A model generated the notes under the pieces. It did not search any database and had not been told where the DNA came from. It saw nothing but the letters and a program-made list of their open reading frames with translations. A stretch of DNA of 64,000 nt. It comes from Candidatus Woesearchaeota archaeon (GTDB taxonomy: Archaea > Nanobdellota > Nanobdellia > Woesearchaeales > GW2011-AR9). The DNA lies in contig JABHQW010000005.1 in the NCBI GenBank assembly GCA_018696595.1, forward strand, positions 25,721 to 89,720, written 5' to 3'. Positions 41,759 to 50,899 of this stretch are shown in pieces (position 1 is the stretch's first letter; the number at the start of each line of letters is the position of its first letter). Made by a program: the position numbers and the translations under genes.

Positions 41759-42421
41759 TTAATCCCCCCTCAAAGCACCCAATACTCCCTTCCAGTTTTT
41801 TACAGTAACTTCTGCTCCAGCTTCTCTTTGGTAAAGTGCACTTTCTCCATCAGATAAACGCCATGAAGCCTGTTCAGTCAATGAACCATCTTTCATAAGA
41901 TACATTTCTGGAAAATCTCTGTTATCAAACAAAGCAACTTTAGAGTCATTTATAGTGAATTCTTCTCTGCCATGTTCAGAATCTCTGTTTCGGAAAAGAT
42001 CAAATGTAGCCGCTATAGGACCAGCATGGTGGTTCATATCAGTAAGAATTCCAATTAAAGGTATTCCTTGTTTTGCTGCATATAATGCCATTGCATATCC
42101 CAATGGTTGTTCTTCATGTCTTTGATATTCCCCTTCACGTGTTAAATTTATAATTCCGGGTCCTAGTGGAAACATCATATCTGTCAACACAATGTCATAA
42201 CTCTTGCCAGCAGATTCTTGAGCAATTTCCTTGATTCTGTTAGACTCGGCTCTCTCAATGAAACCACTGCCGGTACGATTCCCAACATAATCTTGACCCA
42301 GATGAGCTAATGCTTCAACCAAATTACTAGCGACAACAATATTATGCTCGCCAAGTAAATCATTTGCTGAATCTTGGTGGATTTTCTTATCCTCTACTAC
42401 TAATATATCTAATTTTTCCAT
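41759..42421 (-). CDS. Stand-alone receiver (CheY-like) domain protein with insertions
   Basis: ILVVED acidic pocket, DIVLTDMMFP phospho-acceptor strand, ILTD switch strand; no output domain. Confidence 0.7.
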   Translation of the reverse strand: MEKLDILVVEDKKIHQDSANDLLGEHNIVVASNLVEALAHLGQDYVGNRTGSGFIERAESNRIKEIAQESAGKSYDIVLTDMMFPLGPGIINLTREGEYQRHEEQPLGYAMALYAAKQGIPLIGILTDMNHHAGPIAATFDLFRNRDSEHGREEFTINDSKVALFDNRDFPEMYLMKDGSLTEQASWRLSDGESALYQREAGAEVTVKNWKGVLGALRGD

Positions 42422-42568
42422 TTTTATTTTCCCTCTTTCCTTACTAATCTTTGTTAGTAAGTGAGTTTGTCATAACATAGTAGTAACGCAGGAAACATAT
42501 AAGCACCACCTCCTCCCCAGTGGGCACTAATAGAAAGATTTAAATAAAATAACTCCCAAATAAAGAAT

Positions 42569-43321
42569 ATGTATGAAGAATTACTTGCTGAGATTGGCTT
42601 AACAAAATCAGAGATAGCAGTTTACTTTGCTTTATTAGAAATTGGTTCTTCAACAACAGGACCAATAATTAAGAAAGCAGGAATTGCCTCAGGCAAAGCT
42701 TATTTGATTTTAGATAAACTGATACTAAAAGGATTAGTTACCCACGTAATCAAGTCAGGAACTAAATATTACCAAGCAAAAGACCCAGAACAGTTGCTTG
42801 ACTATATGGATGAGAAAGAAAAGAGCTTAATAAAGAAAAAAGAGAAACTTAAGAAAATCATCCCAGTTCTTAAAGCCCAGTATGAAGAACAAAAATACAA
42901 ACCGATAGCAGAAGTTTACGAAGGAGTTAAAGGATTCAAAACATTTTATGAATCAGCATTGAAAGAACTAAAGAAAGGAGACACAATCTATATCATGGGC
43001 GTTCCAAAAAAAGCCAATGAAAAGTTCGAGGGTTATTTAGTTGAATGGAACAAAAGAAGAATTCAAAAAAATATCAAGATGAAAATCATCTACAACCACG
43101 ATTGTAAAGAAGATGGTGTGAAAAGAGAAAAGATGAAATATACCGAAGTTCGTTATATGAACCAAGAATTAGAAACTCCTGCATGGATCGATATTTTTAA
43201 AGATTATGTAGTCACTATTAATGTTCATGGCACCCCTGTTTGTTTTCTTATAAAAAATAAAGAATCATCAGATTCATACAAAAAACATTTTGATATTTTA
43301 TGGAAGCAAAGTAAAAAATAA
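42569..43321 (+). CDS. TrmB family transcriptional regulator
   Basis: GLTKSEIAVYFALLE..IIKKAGI..Y.IL.KL..KGLV wHTH; AEVYEGVKG; PLD-like effector domain. Confidence 0.88.
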   Translation: MYEELLAEIGLTKSEIAVYFALLEIGSSTTGPIIKKAGIASGKAYLILDKLILKGLVTHVIKSGTKYYQAKDPEQLLDYMDEKEKSLIKKKEKLKKIIPVLKAQYEEQKYKPIAEVYEGVKGFKTFYESALKELKKGDTIYIMGVPKKANEKFEGYLVEWNKRRIQKNIKMKIIYNHDCKEDGVKREKMKYTEVRYMNQELETPAWIDIFKDYVVTINVHGTPVCFLIKNKESSDSYKKHFDILWKQSKK

Positions 43322-43344
43322 AAAGTTATTTAAGGTTGATATCC

Positions 43345-44751
43345 TCAATTATCTTCCCCTGGAAATGCGTCACCAACAAATTTTTCAAGCGTTTCTCTTT
43401 TACTTGGTTGACGAAGTTTTTCTAAAGCCTTTCCTGAAAGTTGTCGAGCTCTTTCTCCAGTAATTCGGAAAGGATGACCCATTTCTTTCCAACCATCTGC
43501 TTCTAATTCACCAAACCCAAACTTCATTCTCAAAATCTTTTCTTCTCTGGCTGTTAATGTAGCTAATACTCTTCTTAAACCCTCTCGTAAACGAACTGTG
43601 TAATTAAAATCTGCAGGGTCTGTTGCTTTTTTATCCTGAATAAAAGCACTAAAAGGAACATATTCCCCTCCAAATTCAATCGATTCTTCTAAAGAGAAAG
43701 TATCCTGATATGCTTTCAAACAAACTTTAAGTTTCTTCATTCTATCAGGAATATTTTTTGCAATCTCTTCTTCAGTAGGGCCTCTTTCAATGCCTTTATT
43801 CCTAAAGCCTTCTTTGATTTTTCTTAAGACTACTTGTCTAGCAGTAATGGGTAAAACTTCATCCTGAGTTGGTTCTCTACCTAACTGATGCATTAATTTT
43901 ATTGAATTAACATAATGACTATGAAGTGTTTCGGCTACATAAACGGGAACTTTTATAGTTTTCCCATATTCAGCTAACGCCCTAGTTATAGATTGTTTAA
44001 TCCAATATATCGCATAAGTAGAAAATTTAATTCCTTTCCGATAATCGAACTTATCAACTGCTTTTATTAAACCAAGGTTACCTTCTTGAATTAAATCTAA
44101 ATAATCTAATCCGTGATCCACAAAATGTTTAGCTTTATTCATGACCAATCTTAAGTTTGATTTAACAAACTCATTATGATAATTTCTAATCATTTTCAAG
44201 TTACTTTCTAATCTCAATTGCAAATCTTCAAGTTTTTCTAAGTAAGAAGGTTCAATTTCAGATTCTGAAGAATCATTAATTTCTTTTTCAATCCGTTGAG
44301 ATAAACTCTCTCCAGCAAACCTAATTAATCCCCGATTAGAAACTCTCTTTTTTTTTACACGATATTCAGGAGGGATTTCTTTTAGTTTAATATCGTAAAA
44401 ATATAATTTCTCAAAATAAGAATCCATTAAACTGTCTCTTTCTTCATCATCCAAACAATCAACTAATTCAGTTTCTAATCGAGAAATAAAATAGCCTAAA
44501 TCTTTACGTTCGCATTTTTTTGCTTGTTTAACAAGAAAATCAAGATCTGAAGATGCATCTAAATACAAATCGTAAGGTTGATATTCACAAATCGCTAAAA
44601 AAACTTCTTGAGAGTGATATTCTATTTCAGAAGCCAAATCTTTCTCATTAGAAAAATCACCCAATAGACTGGTTTTGGATTTAACTTCAGCCATATAAAT
44701 AGCGGTTGAACTCTTCCTACCATTATCACCACCAGAACCAGAATTACCCAT
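43345..44751 (-). CDS. Bacterial sigma70 (RpoD-like) protein
   Basis: Region 1.2 (STAIYMAEV), region 2 (SNLRLVMNKAKHFVDHGLDYLDLIQEGNLGLIKAVDKFDYRKGIKFSTYAIYWIKQSITRA), region 3 (TIKVPVY..LGREPT), region 4 (LTAREEKILRMKFG..ERARQ..KALEKLR). Confidence 0.88.
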   Translation of the reverse strand: MGNSGSGGDNGRKSSTAIYMAEVKSKTSLLGDFSNEKDLASEIEYHSQEVFLAICEYQPYDLYLDASSDLDFLVKQAKKCERKDLGYFISRLETELVDCLDDEERDSLMDSYFEKLYFYDIKLKEIPPEYRVKKKRVSNRGLIRFAGESLSQRIEKEINDSSESEIEPSYLEKLEDLQLRLESNLKMIRNYHNEFVKSNLRLVMNKAKHFVDHGLDYLDLIQEGNLGLIKAVDKFDYRKGIKFSTYAIYWIKQSITRALAEYGKTIKVPVYVAETLHSHYVNSIKLMHQLGREPTQDEVLPITARQVVLRKIKEGFRNKGIERGPTEEEIAKNIPDRMKKLKVCLKAYQDTFSLEESIEFGGEYVPFSAFIQDKKATDPADFNYTVRLREGLRRVLATLTAREEKILRMKFGFGELEADGWKEMGHPFRITGERARQLSGKALEKLRQPSKRETLEKFVGDAFPGEDN

Positions 44752-44797
44752 TATTATTACTAAATAAAAAGAAAATATAAAAACCTATCTTAAAAAA

Positions 44798-45025
44798 TCA
44801 TTCAAAATCCAAATTTTCTAAATCTTCGAAATCTGCAGTTAAATCATCTTCTAAAGATTCAAGATCTTCAATTTCGTTTAAAGCTTCTGAGATTTCTGCT
44901 TCTTCTGAACTAGCTGGTTCTTCAGTTGCTGTTTCAGTAGAATCTTCTAAAGTGTCTTCCATTGGTTGACAAGCAACTAAGAAAACTAGACTAATTATAA
45001 GCATTATTGATAATATTCGTTTCAT
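44798..45025 (-). CDS. Small acidic lipoprotein-like protein
   Basis: MKRIL.. signal followed by a FLVAC lipobox; Glu/Asp-rich. Confidence 0.7.
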   Translation of the reverse strand: MKRILSIMLIISLVFLVACQPMEDTLEDSTETATEEPASSEEAEISEALNEIEDLESLEDDLTADFEDLENLDFE

Positions 45026-45103
45026 AATATACACCTCTTTTCGTTAAAGTAATGAAAATTCATTTATTAATGTTTCTAAAAAAGAAAAAAAGAAAAAAGA
45101 AAA

Positions 45104-46147
45104 TTATTCTTCAGTTTCAGTTTCTTCTTCCTCATCTTCAACTTCTTCCTCTATTTCGGTTTCTTCAACATCATCAGAAACTTTATTGTTTTTGTAAACT
45201 TCGTTAAACTCTTTAACAAATTCTCTCAACAATTCTTTAGTTTCTTTCATGTCTTCACGAACAACCCTTTGTTTCTCTTTAGCTTCTTCTAAAGCTTCGG
45301 GACTAGATTTAGCATTGGCCCAGGCCTCTTCAGCTGCTTCCTGATCTGCTTTCAAATCTTCCATTGCTTCCCTAAACTCTTCAGCAATCTCTTTAACTTC
45401 AGCTAATTCAGCCTCAGTATAACCTTTATCTTCTAAAGTAGAAATTCGAACAGTCATAGCATTATAATATTCTTCATGCTTATCTGCTAAGTTACCCATC
45501 TTATTATTAATCAACTGAGTTACTTGCCACCTTTGTTCTCTTCTAACTTTATTCCAGATATTTTTAAGTGCTTTAATTTGTTCTCTTAATTCTTCTGCAG
45601 TTAAATCATCTCCCAGAGATTCAATTTCATCTTTCTTTGCAGTTAATTCTTCTTCTAACTCAGCAATCTTAGCTAAAGCTTCTTCTTTTTCTTCAGCAGT
45701 TAAAGCTTTAGAATTTTCTACTTGATCAACTAACTTCTCTAAAGATCTTAAAATTAAATCGCTAGTTTTAACTAAATGGTTCTTTACGCCAATTCTTAAT
45801 CCTTGTTTAGCTTTTCTACACGTTTCCGCATCTTCATTACAAGCTTCAACATTCTTTTTTGCTTCCATTACTTTTTCTTTTTGTGCTTGAAAATGTTCTC
45901 TAGCTTGTAGGTGTTTCTCTTTTAATAATTGTAATCTTTCTCTAGTTAGTTTTAATCCTTCCTTTGTATTCGCCAAAACTTTCTTTGCTTGCTTTCCAGG
46001 TGCTTGTTTAGCTTTCAACGGTTCAGGAGTTGCATCTAAAACATCTCCTGTTTCTTCTTCTGCTAAAGCTGCTGGTAGAATACTTAAGATAAATAGTGCC
46101 AGTACAGCCAAAGCAAATGTTTTCTTCATTATTTTTTTCATTTTCAT
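45104..46147 (-). CDS. Secreted coiled-coil protein
   Basis: Signal peptide (MKKTFALAVLAL..AALA), heptad-rich body, acidic tail. Start set behind a GGAGG Shine-Dalgarno. Confidence 0.75.
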   Translation of the reverse strand: MKMKKIMKKTFALAVLALFILSILPAALAEEETGDVLDATPEPLKAKQAPGKQAKKVLANTKEGLKLTRERLQLLKEKHLQAREHFQAQKEKVMEAKKNVEACNEDAETCRKAKQGLRIGVKNHLVKTSDLILRSLEKLVDQVENSKALTAEEKEEALAKIAELEEELTAKKDEIESLGDDLTAEELREQIKALKNIWNKVRREQRWQVTQLINNKMGNLADKHEEYYNAMTVRISTLEDKGYTEAELAEVKEIAEEFREAMEDLKADQEAAEEAWANAKSSPEALEEAKEKQRVVREDMKETKELLREFVKEFNEVYKNNKVSDDVEETEIEEEVEDEEEETETEE

Positions 46148-46374
46148 TTCCCTCCAATTTTTTTGTTCATCACAAACGTTTTGTCTGATCATACAGTTCT
46201 GAGAGATCAACTACTTTATAAAGAAACTTTTTGGTCATTGGTTTTTTAGTTGCAAAGAAGCTTGTTTTTAAGAGTTAAAACTTTAGGAAGCTTGAATTGG
46301 GGGTTAAAGGTTTATGGAAAGTGTTTTGTTCTCACACATAAAATATAAAAAGAAGTTCATTATTTTGTTTATTT

Positions 46375-46884
46375 ATGGAAGACTTACATGATACTTGGCC
46401 TCATCGTTGGCTTACACCAAAAGCAGAACCAAGGAATTCTTCAATACACCGATACGGAATCTTTGCAAAAGAAGAGATTAAGAAAGGTGAACCAATTAAT
46501 GCTTTTGGTGGAATTACAGTTCCGAAGGGAGAAATAAAAGAATATAGAAAAATCATCAGTCATGCTGGAATACAAGTTAGCGATGATTTCTTTATTGTTC
46601 CTTCAAGCCATGAAGAAATCAAAGAACAAGGAATATTTAATCACTCTTGTGAACCAAATGTTGGCTTTAATTCTAGTATAACTATGGTTGCAATGAGAGA
46701 TATAAAAGCAGGGAAAGAGTTAGCCACCGATTATGCATTTATGGAATCCTATTTTGAATCTTTTGAATGTAGTTGTGGTTCTTCTAATTGTAGGAAAACA
46801 ATTACAGGCAATGATTGGAAAATTAAAGAGATTCAAGAAAAATATAAAGAATTCTTTTCCCCATACTTACGAGATAAGATATAA
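46375..46884 (+). CDS. SET domain protein-lysine methyltransferase with post-SET
   Basis: YGIFAKEEIKKGE, FNHSCEPN, ELATDY, CSCGSSNCR. Confidence 0.9.
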   Translation: MEDLHDTWPHRWLTPKAEPRNSSIHRYGIFAKEEIKKGEPINAFGGITVPKGEIKEYRKIISHAGIQVSDDFFIVPSSHEEIKEQGIFNHSCEPNVGFNSSITMVAMRDIKAGKELATDYAFMESYFESFECSCGSSNCRKTITGNDWKIKEIQEKYKEFFSPYLRDKI

Positions 46885-46891
46885 TTTCTTT

Positions 46892-46924
46892 TTTCAATAA
46901 CTTTTTATAGCAAATAAACTTTCT
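46892..46924 (+). repeat. 33-bp direct repeat, copy 1 (contains the TATA of the NUDIX gene)
   Basis: TTTCAATAACTTTTTATAGCAAATAAACTTTCT, identical to 47419-47451. Confidence 0.9.
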
Positions 46925-46932
46925 GTTATTTT

Positions 46933-47418
46933 ATGGATAGAAGCACTTTACCTTATCGAAGAAATTGCGAAGGATATTTTTTTACAAATGATGGAAAAGT
47001 ATTAGCCAAAGACACTAAAAAAGGTTATCTTGTTTTTCCGGGTGGGGGTATTGATAAAGGAGAACATGCAGATTCTGCAGTGGTACGTGAAACTTTTGAA
47101 GAAACCGGTGCAATTATTCAATTACCAATTAAAGATTTAGAAACAGTTCAATTTATTTGGGATGAGAATTGGGCAAGGTCAGAAAAACAAAAGAGAAGAT
47201 ATAAAGAATATAAAGGTGAAGAAATGCATTTCTTTTCTGGAAAGATTAAAGAGTTTACAAAAAATGAGGAACAACATGAAGATTATTGGGAAGGTGAAAA
47301 ACTCATGCCCATATCAAAAGCAATTAAGATTATTGAAAAAGAAAAACCATTCCCAGAAAACATGAAAGTTTATCGTGAAGCGCAACTTAAATTTCTAAAT
47401 CAAATAAATAACACTTAA
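46933..47418 (+). CDS. NUDIX hydrolase
   Basis: Nudix box GGGIDKGEHADSAVVRETFEETG. Confidence 0.9.
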   Translation: MDRSTLPYRRNCEGYFFTNDGKVLAKDTKKGYLVFPGGGIDKGEHADSAVVRETFEETGAIIQLPIKDLETVQFIWDENWARSEKQKRRYKEYKGEEMHFFSGKIKEFTKNEEQHEDYWEGEKLMPISKAIKIIEKEKPFPENMKVYREAQLKFLNQINNT

Positions 47419-47451
47419 TTTCAATAACTTTTTATAGCAAATAAACTTTCT
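47419..47451 (+). repeat. 33-bp direct repeat, copy 2 (contains the TATA of the next gene)
   Basis: Identical to 46892-46924; begins on the base after the NUDIX stop codon. Confidence 0.9.
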
Positions 47452-47459
47452 TCTCTTAA

Positions 47460-48167
47460 ATGAAACTTAAATTATCACTTTTATTAGCAATCTTATTATT
47501 AACTTCTCTAGCTACTGCAGCAACGTTACAAGGTAGCGTTTACAATTCCAACTTAGAATTAGAAACAGATGTATTAGTAGAAATTGGCACACAGAAATTC
47601 TTAACCAAAGATGGCAATTACCAATTCGAGTTAACTTTAGGAACACATGAAATAGTTGCCACTAAAGGTTTAGTCTCAACCACAGAAGAAGTTCAAATAA
47701 CTAACACAGGAACAAATGTGTTTGATCTTTTCTTATTAGATGACTTTACAAACGAAGATGATCTTTGGAAAGATACAGAAGAAGAATTCTTTATAGAAGA
47801 TGAAGAAACAAGTTACGCTTTATGGCGTTATGTATTAGGAGGATTAGTAATTTTGGCACTTTTGATCAGATTCTTTTGGATGAGAAAAAAGTTTGGTTCA
47901 GTAAGAAAGTTTAGACAACACCACAAATCAGAAAATAGGAAAACAGTTGAGCAACATCAAAAAGAGATTGATAAAGAGCCAGGATATATTGACCGAGCAG
48001 TAGAAATTATTAAGAAACATGATGGAAGGATTCATCAAAAAACTTTAAGAAAAGAGATGTTAGACATTTCCGAATCTAAAGTTAGCCTAATTCTAACTGA
48101 ACTTGAGCATAAAGGCAAGATTGAGAGGATTAAGAAAGGCCGTGGGAATGTTATTATATTAAAGTAA
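47460..48167 (+). CDS. Membrane-anchored winged-helix regulator (COG2512-like): signal, extracellular beta domain, TM, cytoplasmic wHTH
   Basis: Signal peptide, TM YVLGGLVILALLIRFFW, and C-terminal HDGRIHQKTLRKEMLDISESKVSLILTELEHKGKIERIKKGRGN. Confidence 0.8.
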   Translation: MKLKLSLLLAILLLTSLATAATLQGSVYNSNLELETDVLVEIGTQKFLTKDGNYQFELTLGTHEIVATKGLVSTTEEVQITNTGTNVFDLFLLDDFTNEDDLWKDTEEEFFIEDEETSYALWRYVLGGLVILALLIRFFWMRKKFGSVRKFRQHHKSENRKTVEQHQKEIDKEPGYIDRAVEIIKKHDGRIHQKTLRKEMLDISESKVSLILTELEHKGKIERIKKGRGNVIILK

Positions 48168-48222
48168 AATTTTAACTATTCTTAAGTAAGATTTTTAAGC
48201 TATCTGCTTTATTTGCTAATTA

Positions 48223-49578
48223 ATGAAGAAAGAGAAGAAAGAACAACCAGAACAAGTAAGCTTAATAGATCAATACTTAGATAAAGTTGGAAAAACTCCT
48301 TTATTCAGTAAAAAAGAAGAAGTAGAATGGGGACAGAAAGTTGAGAATTCTTATCGAAATCTAGTTGGTGCCCTTTATAATCACGAAGAAAGAATTGACG
48401 ATGAAATAAGATCTGGCATGTCTATTTTATTGGAAGAGTTACTTATTACCTATGGTGAAGAAAAACGAGAAAGAATTGTAGAAGAAGGGCCAAGTTGTTT
48501 AGAAATCAATGACCCTTATAGAATTATTTCTGAATTGGAAGATTTAGTTTCGAAAGGCAATAAAAAAACAGAAAAAGTTCAAAACCAGGTTTTTAAATTA
48601 TTATATTGGTCTGAATATACCCATCAACCCGAAGAAGGAGAAGAAATCTCAAATGACCTTCCTGAAAAACTTAAGAAAGGAAATTTAAATAAATGTAGAG
48701 AAGCTATTCTTAGTACTGCAGAAAGGATTGCAGAAGAAAACCAAGATTTAGATATAAAAGAAGAAATAGAAGCTATTAATGAATATAAAAGAGAATTAAT
48801 GGAAAGAAATCTAAAACTTGTTGTAAGTGTTGCCAAAGAATATCAAGGCATGGGATTGCAGATGGCTGATTTAATTCAAGAAGGTAATTGGGGTTTAAAA
48901 GAGGCAGTAGATTTCTTTGATTACAGAAAAGGACTCAAATTTTCTACTTATGCCACTCGGAGTATAAAACAAACAATATCAAAAGGAATTGCCCACTATG
49001 CAAAAACAGTAAAAATCCCAAATCAAGTTGGTTTAGTTCGTAGAAAATGGCGGAAAGCTTCAGAAGAACTATTGCAAGGATTAGAAAGAGAACCAAATGA
49101 AAACGAGATTGTTGCCCAGATGATTGAGAATAATCCTGATGATTATGATACAGAAAATACTAAAGAGATTATTGAAAAAATGAGGGCATTAGACCAAGTT
49201 GAGGGAGAACTGGTTCCTTTAGAAAAACATACTAATCTTGAGGTAAGAATCACATTTAAAGATTTAATAGAAGATAATAACGCCTTTGAGGGAGAACAAT
49301 ACAGCTCAAACAGAGAATTAATATTAGAAACAGATAGGGTACTTACTACCTTAACTCAACATCAAGAAAAAATTCTTAGAATGAGACACGGAATTGCTCG
49401 GAATCGTGCTGACCCACAAAATGAAATTGAATCTGGCGAAGATATTCCCCATTCATTAGAAGAAATTGGACAACATTTTGGTGTAAGTAGAAGAGCAATT
49501 CATTATCATGAGAAAAAAGCTTTGAAGAAATTGAGAACAATACTTAAAGCCGAAAAACTAAGAACATTTTGGGATTGA
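48223..49578 (+). CDS. Second bacterial sigma70 (RpoD-like) protein
   Basis: Region 1.2 (IDQYLDKVGKTPLFSKKEEVEW), region 2 (RNLKLVVSVAKEYQGMGLQMADLIQEGNWGLKEAVDFFDYRKGLKFSTYA), region 3 (LEREPNENEI), region 4 (HSLEEIGQHFGVSRRAIHYHEKKALKKLR). Confidence 0.88.
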   Translation: MKKEKKEQPEQVSLIDQYLDKVGKTPLFSKKEEVEWGQKVENSYRNLVGALYNHEERIDDEIRSGMSILLEELLITYGEEKRERIVEEGPSCLEINDPYRIISELEDLVSKGNKKTEKVQNQVFKLLYWSEYTHQPEEGEEISNDLPEKLKKGNLNKCREAILSTAERIAEENQDLDIKEEIEAINEYKRELMERNLKLVVSVAKEYQGMGLQMADLIQEGNWGLKEAVDFFDYRKGLKFSTYATRSIKQTISKGIAHYAKTVKIPNQVGLVRRKWRKASEELLQGLEREPNENEIVAQMIENNPDDYDTENTKEIIEKMRALDQVEGELVPLEKHTNLEVRITFKDLIEDNNAFEGEQYSSNRELILETDRVLTTLTQHQEKILRMRHGIARNRADPQNEIESGEDIPHSLEEIGQHFGVSRRAIHYHEKKALKKLRTILKAEKLRTFWD

Positions 49579-49630
49579 TAAAGCAAAGTTTTAAATAAAA
49601 TCAAGACAATTTCTAGTTAAATTAAACTGT

Positions 49631-49902
49631 GGGGAAAGCTAGGCTGGGAGGTTAGCGTTCTCTTGTTACTGTCAACACGCTTTAGACAGAGCCGAAGCCC
49701 GCGGAAGGGTCAGTTTTGTTTTGTTGGTCCTGATTGTCTTTGCTGACGGCTTGTCCTTTGGGATGGGCTTGCTGGGAATCTGGTCAGATGTGGAAGCAAG
49801 CAGCCATAACCTTTAAGTTTCATGTTCAGAGGGTTGCAAGTTTGAGAAGCTTTCGGGATTAAGCCAACGATGCTTAGTTGATTCGACTATCGGGCGTGCC
49901 CT
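49631..49902 (+). ncRNA. ffs: Archaeal SRP (7S) RNA
   Basis: Alu-domain start GCUAGGCUGGGAGGUUAGCG..UGUUAC, GCCGAAGCCCG, helix 8 UGGUCAG..GGAA..AGCAGCCA, 3' CGGGCGUGCC. Ends are approximate. Confidence 0.88.
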
Positions 49903-50306
49903 TAATCAGTTTTTTTTGGTATAAAATATAAGAAATTTTTATCTTCAGTTAGTTGATAAGGATAAGCCCCTACACAAGTTCTGGCTACGGCATCTTCTAA
50001 ACTAAAATCATTAACACTAAAAGTAAATCCTTTTGGAACCCTAACTGAGATGTCGTTCATTAACCCATATCTTACTATTGCTGAGACACATTGATGTTGC
50101 CAAGTACCAAATGTTTCAATTTGTTCTTCTCCTTTATTTGCCAATTCTTCAACAGTCTTTTTTGCATCAAATGCAATTCCAAAACGATAAGCATTTGTTT
50201 GATCTGCTCTTTTTGTAACTTTATCAATAAAATCTGGAGGAATGTCTTGATCATATTCTGGAAGAAGTTCTCCTTTTCTCATTCCTACAACAATTGCTGG
50301 TATCAC
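49902..50306 (-). CDS. Hypothetical protein
   Basis: 134-aa GTG-initiated ORF; no family recognised. Confidence 0.55.
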   Translation of the reverse strand: MIPAIVVGMRKGELLPEYDQDIPPDFIDKVTKRADQTNAYRFGIAFDAKKTVEELANKGEEQIETFGTWQHQCVSAIVRYGLMNDISVRVPKGFTFSVNDFSLEDAVARTCVGAYPYQLTEDKNFLYFIPKKTD

Positions 50307-50343
50307 TTTAAGTTAATTTTTAGAACGAGTTTAAAAGATTTTC

Positions 50344-50820
50344 TTAATAAACTACAGCTACTACAACACCTTTGATTTGATCGAACCTTACTTTAAACGG
50401 ATCTTGAAATTTATTATTATCACCTTTTACAATAAAGTAAGGCCCATCTTTATCTGTTCCTTTCTCAATCACTCGATGGATAATTGTTCCGTAACTAGAT
50501 TTGTAAGAAATGACATCCCCAACATTAATCGAATCAGCATCTTCTGGTAGAATTTCAATCGCATTACTAGTTTCATCAATAAACGGATCCATTGAATTGG
50601 TATCTGTAAAAGAAGCCCAAGTTGCACCTTCAATATCTAAAACAACTTTGTTCCTATAAACTTTAATTTGATTTTCTTTCACCCAGTCACTTGGCGAAAA
50701 TACTTCTTTCCCCCCAAATAAGCTAGCAGGGATTTGTTTATCGGATAAAGAAATAACTCCGATTGAAAATATAACTAGTAGAATTGCAAATGAAACTAAG
50801 ATTGATTTAATCCACCCCAT
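50344..50820 (-). CDS. Signal peptidase I-like (S26, Ser/His type)
   Basis: N-terminal TM, TNSMDP (Ser), GDVISY, IIHRV (His), VKGDNN. Confidence 0.8.
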   Translation of the reverse strand: MGWIKSILVSFAILLVIFSIGVISLSDKQIPASLFGGKEVFSPSDWVKENQIKVYRNKVVLDIEGATWASFTDTNSMDPFIDETSNAIEILPEDADSINVGDVISYKSSYGTIIHRVIEKGTDKDGPYFIVKGDNNKFQDPFKVRFDQIKGVVVAVVY

Positions 50821-50899
50821 AATTACTACTTTGTGGGAGTTGGGTTTTTAAAGATGTATATAGTAGAAGCTTGATTTTAAGAAATAACTATTAAAGCAT

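Noticed and set aside
43345-49578. Bacterial contamination as the explanation for the sigma genes
   Set aside because: Both genes have archaeal TATA spacing and are interleaved with TrmB, COG2512-like and SRP RNA genes; chimerism is unlikely but cannot be excluded without reads.
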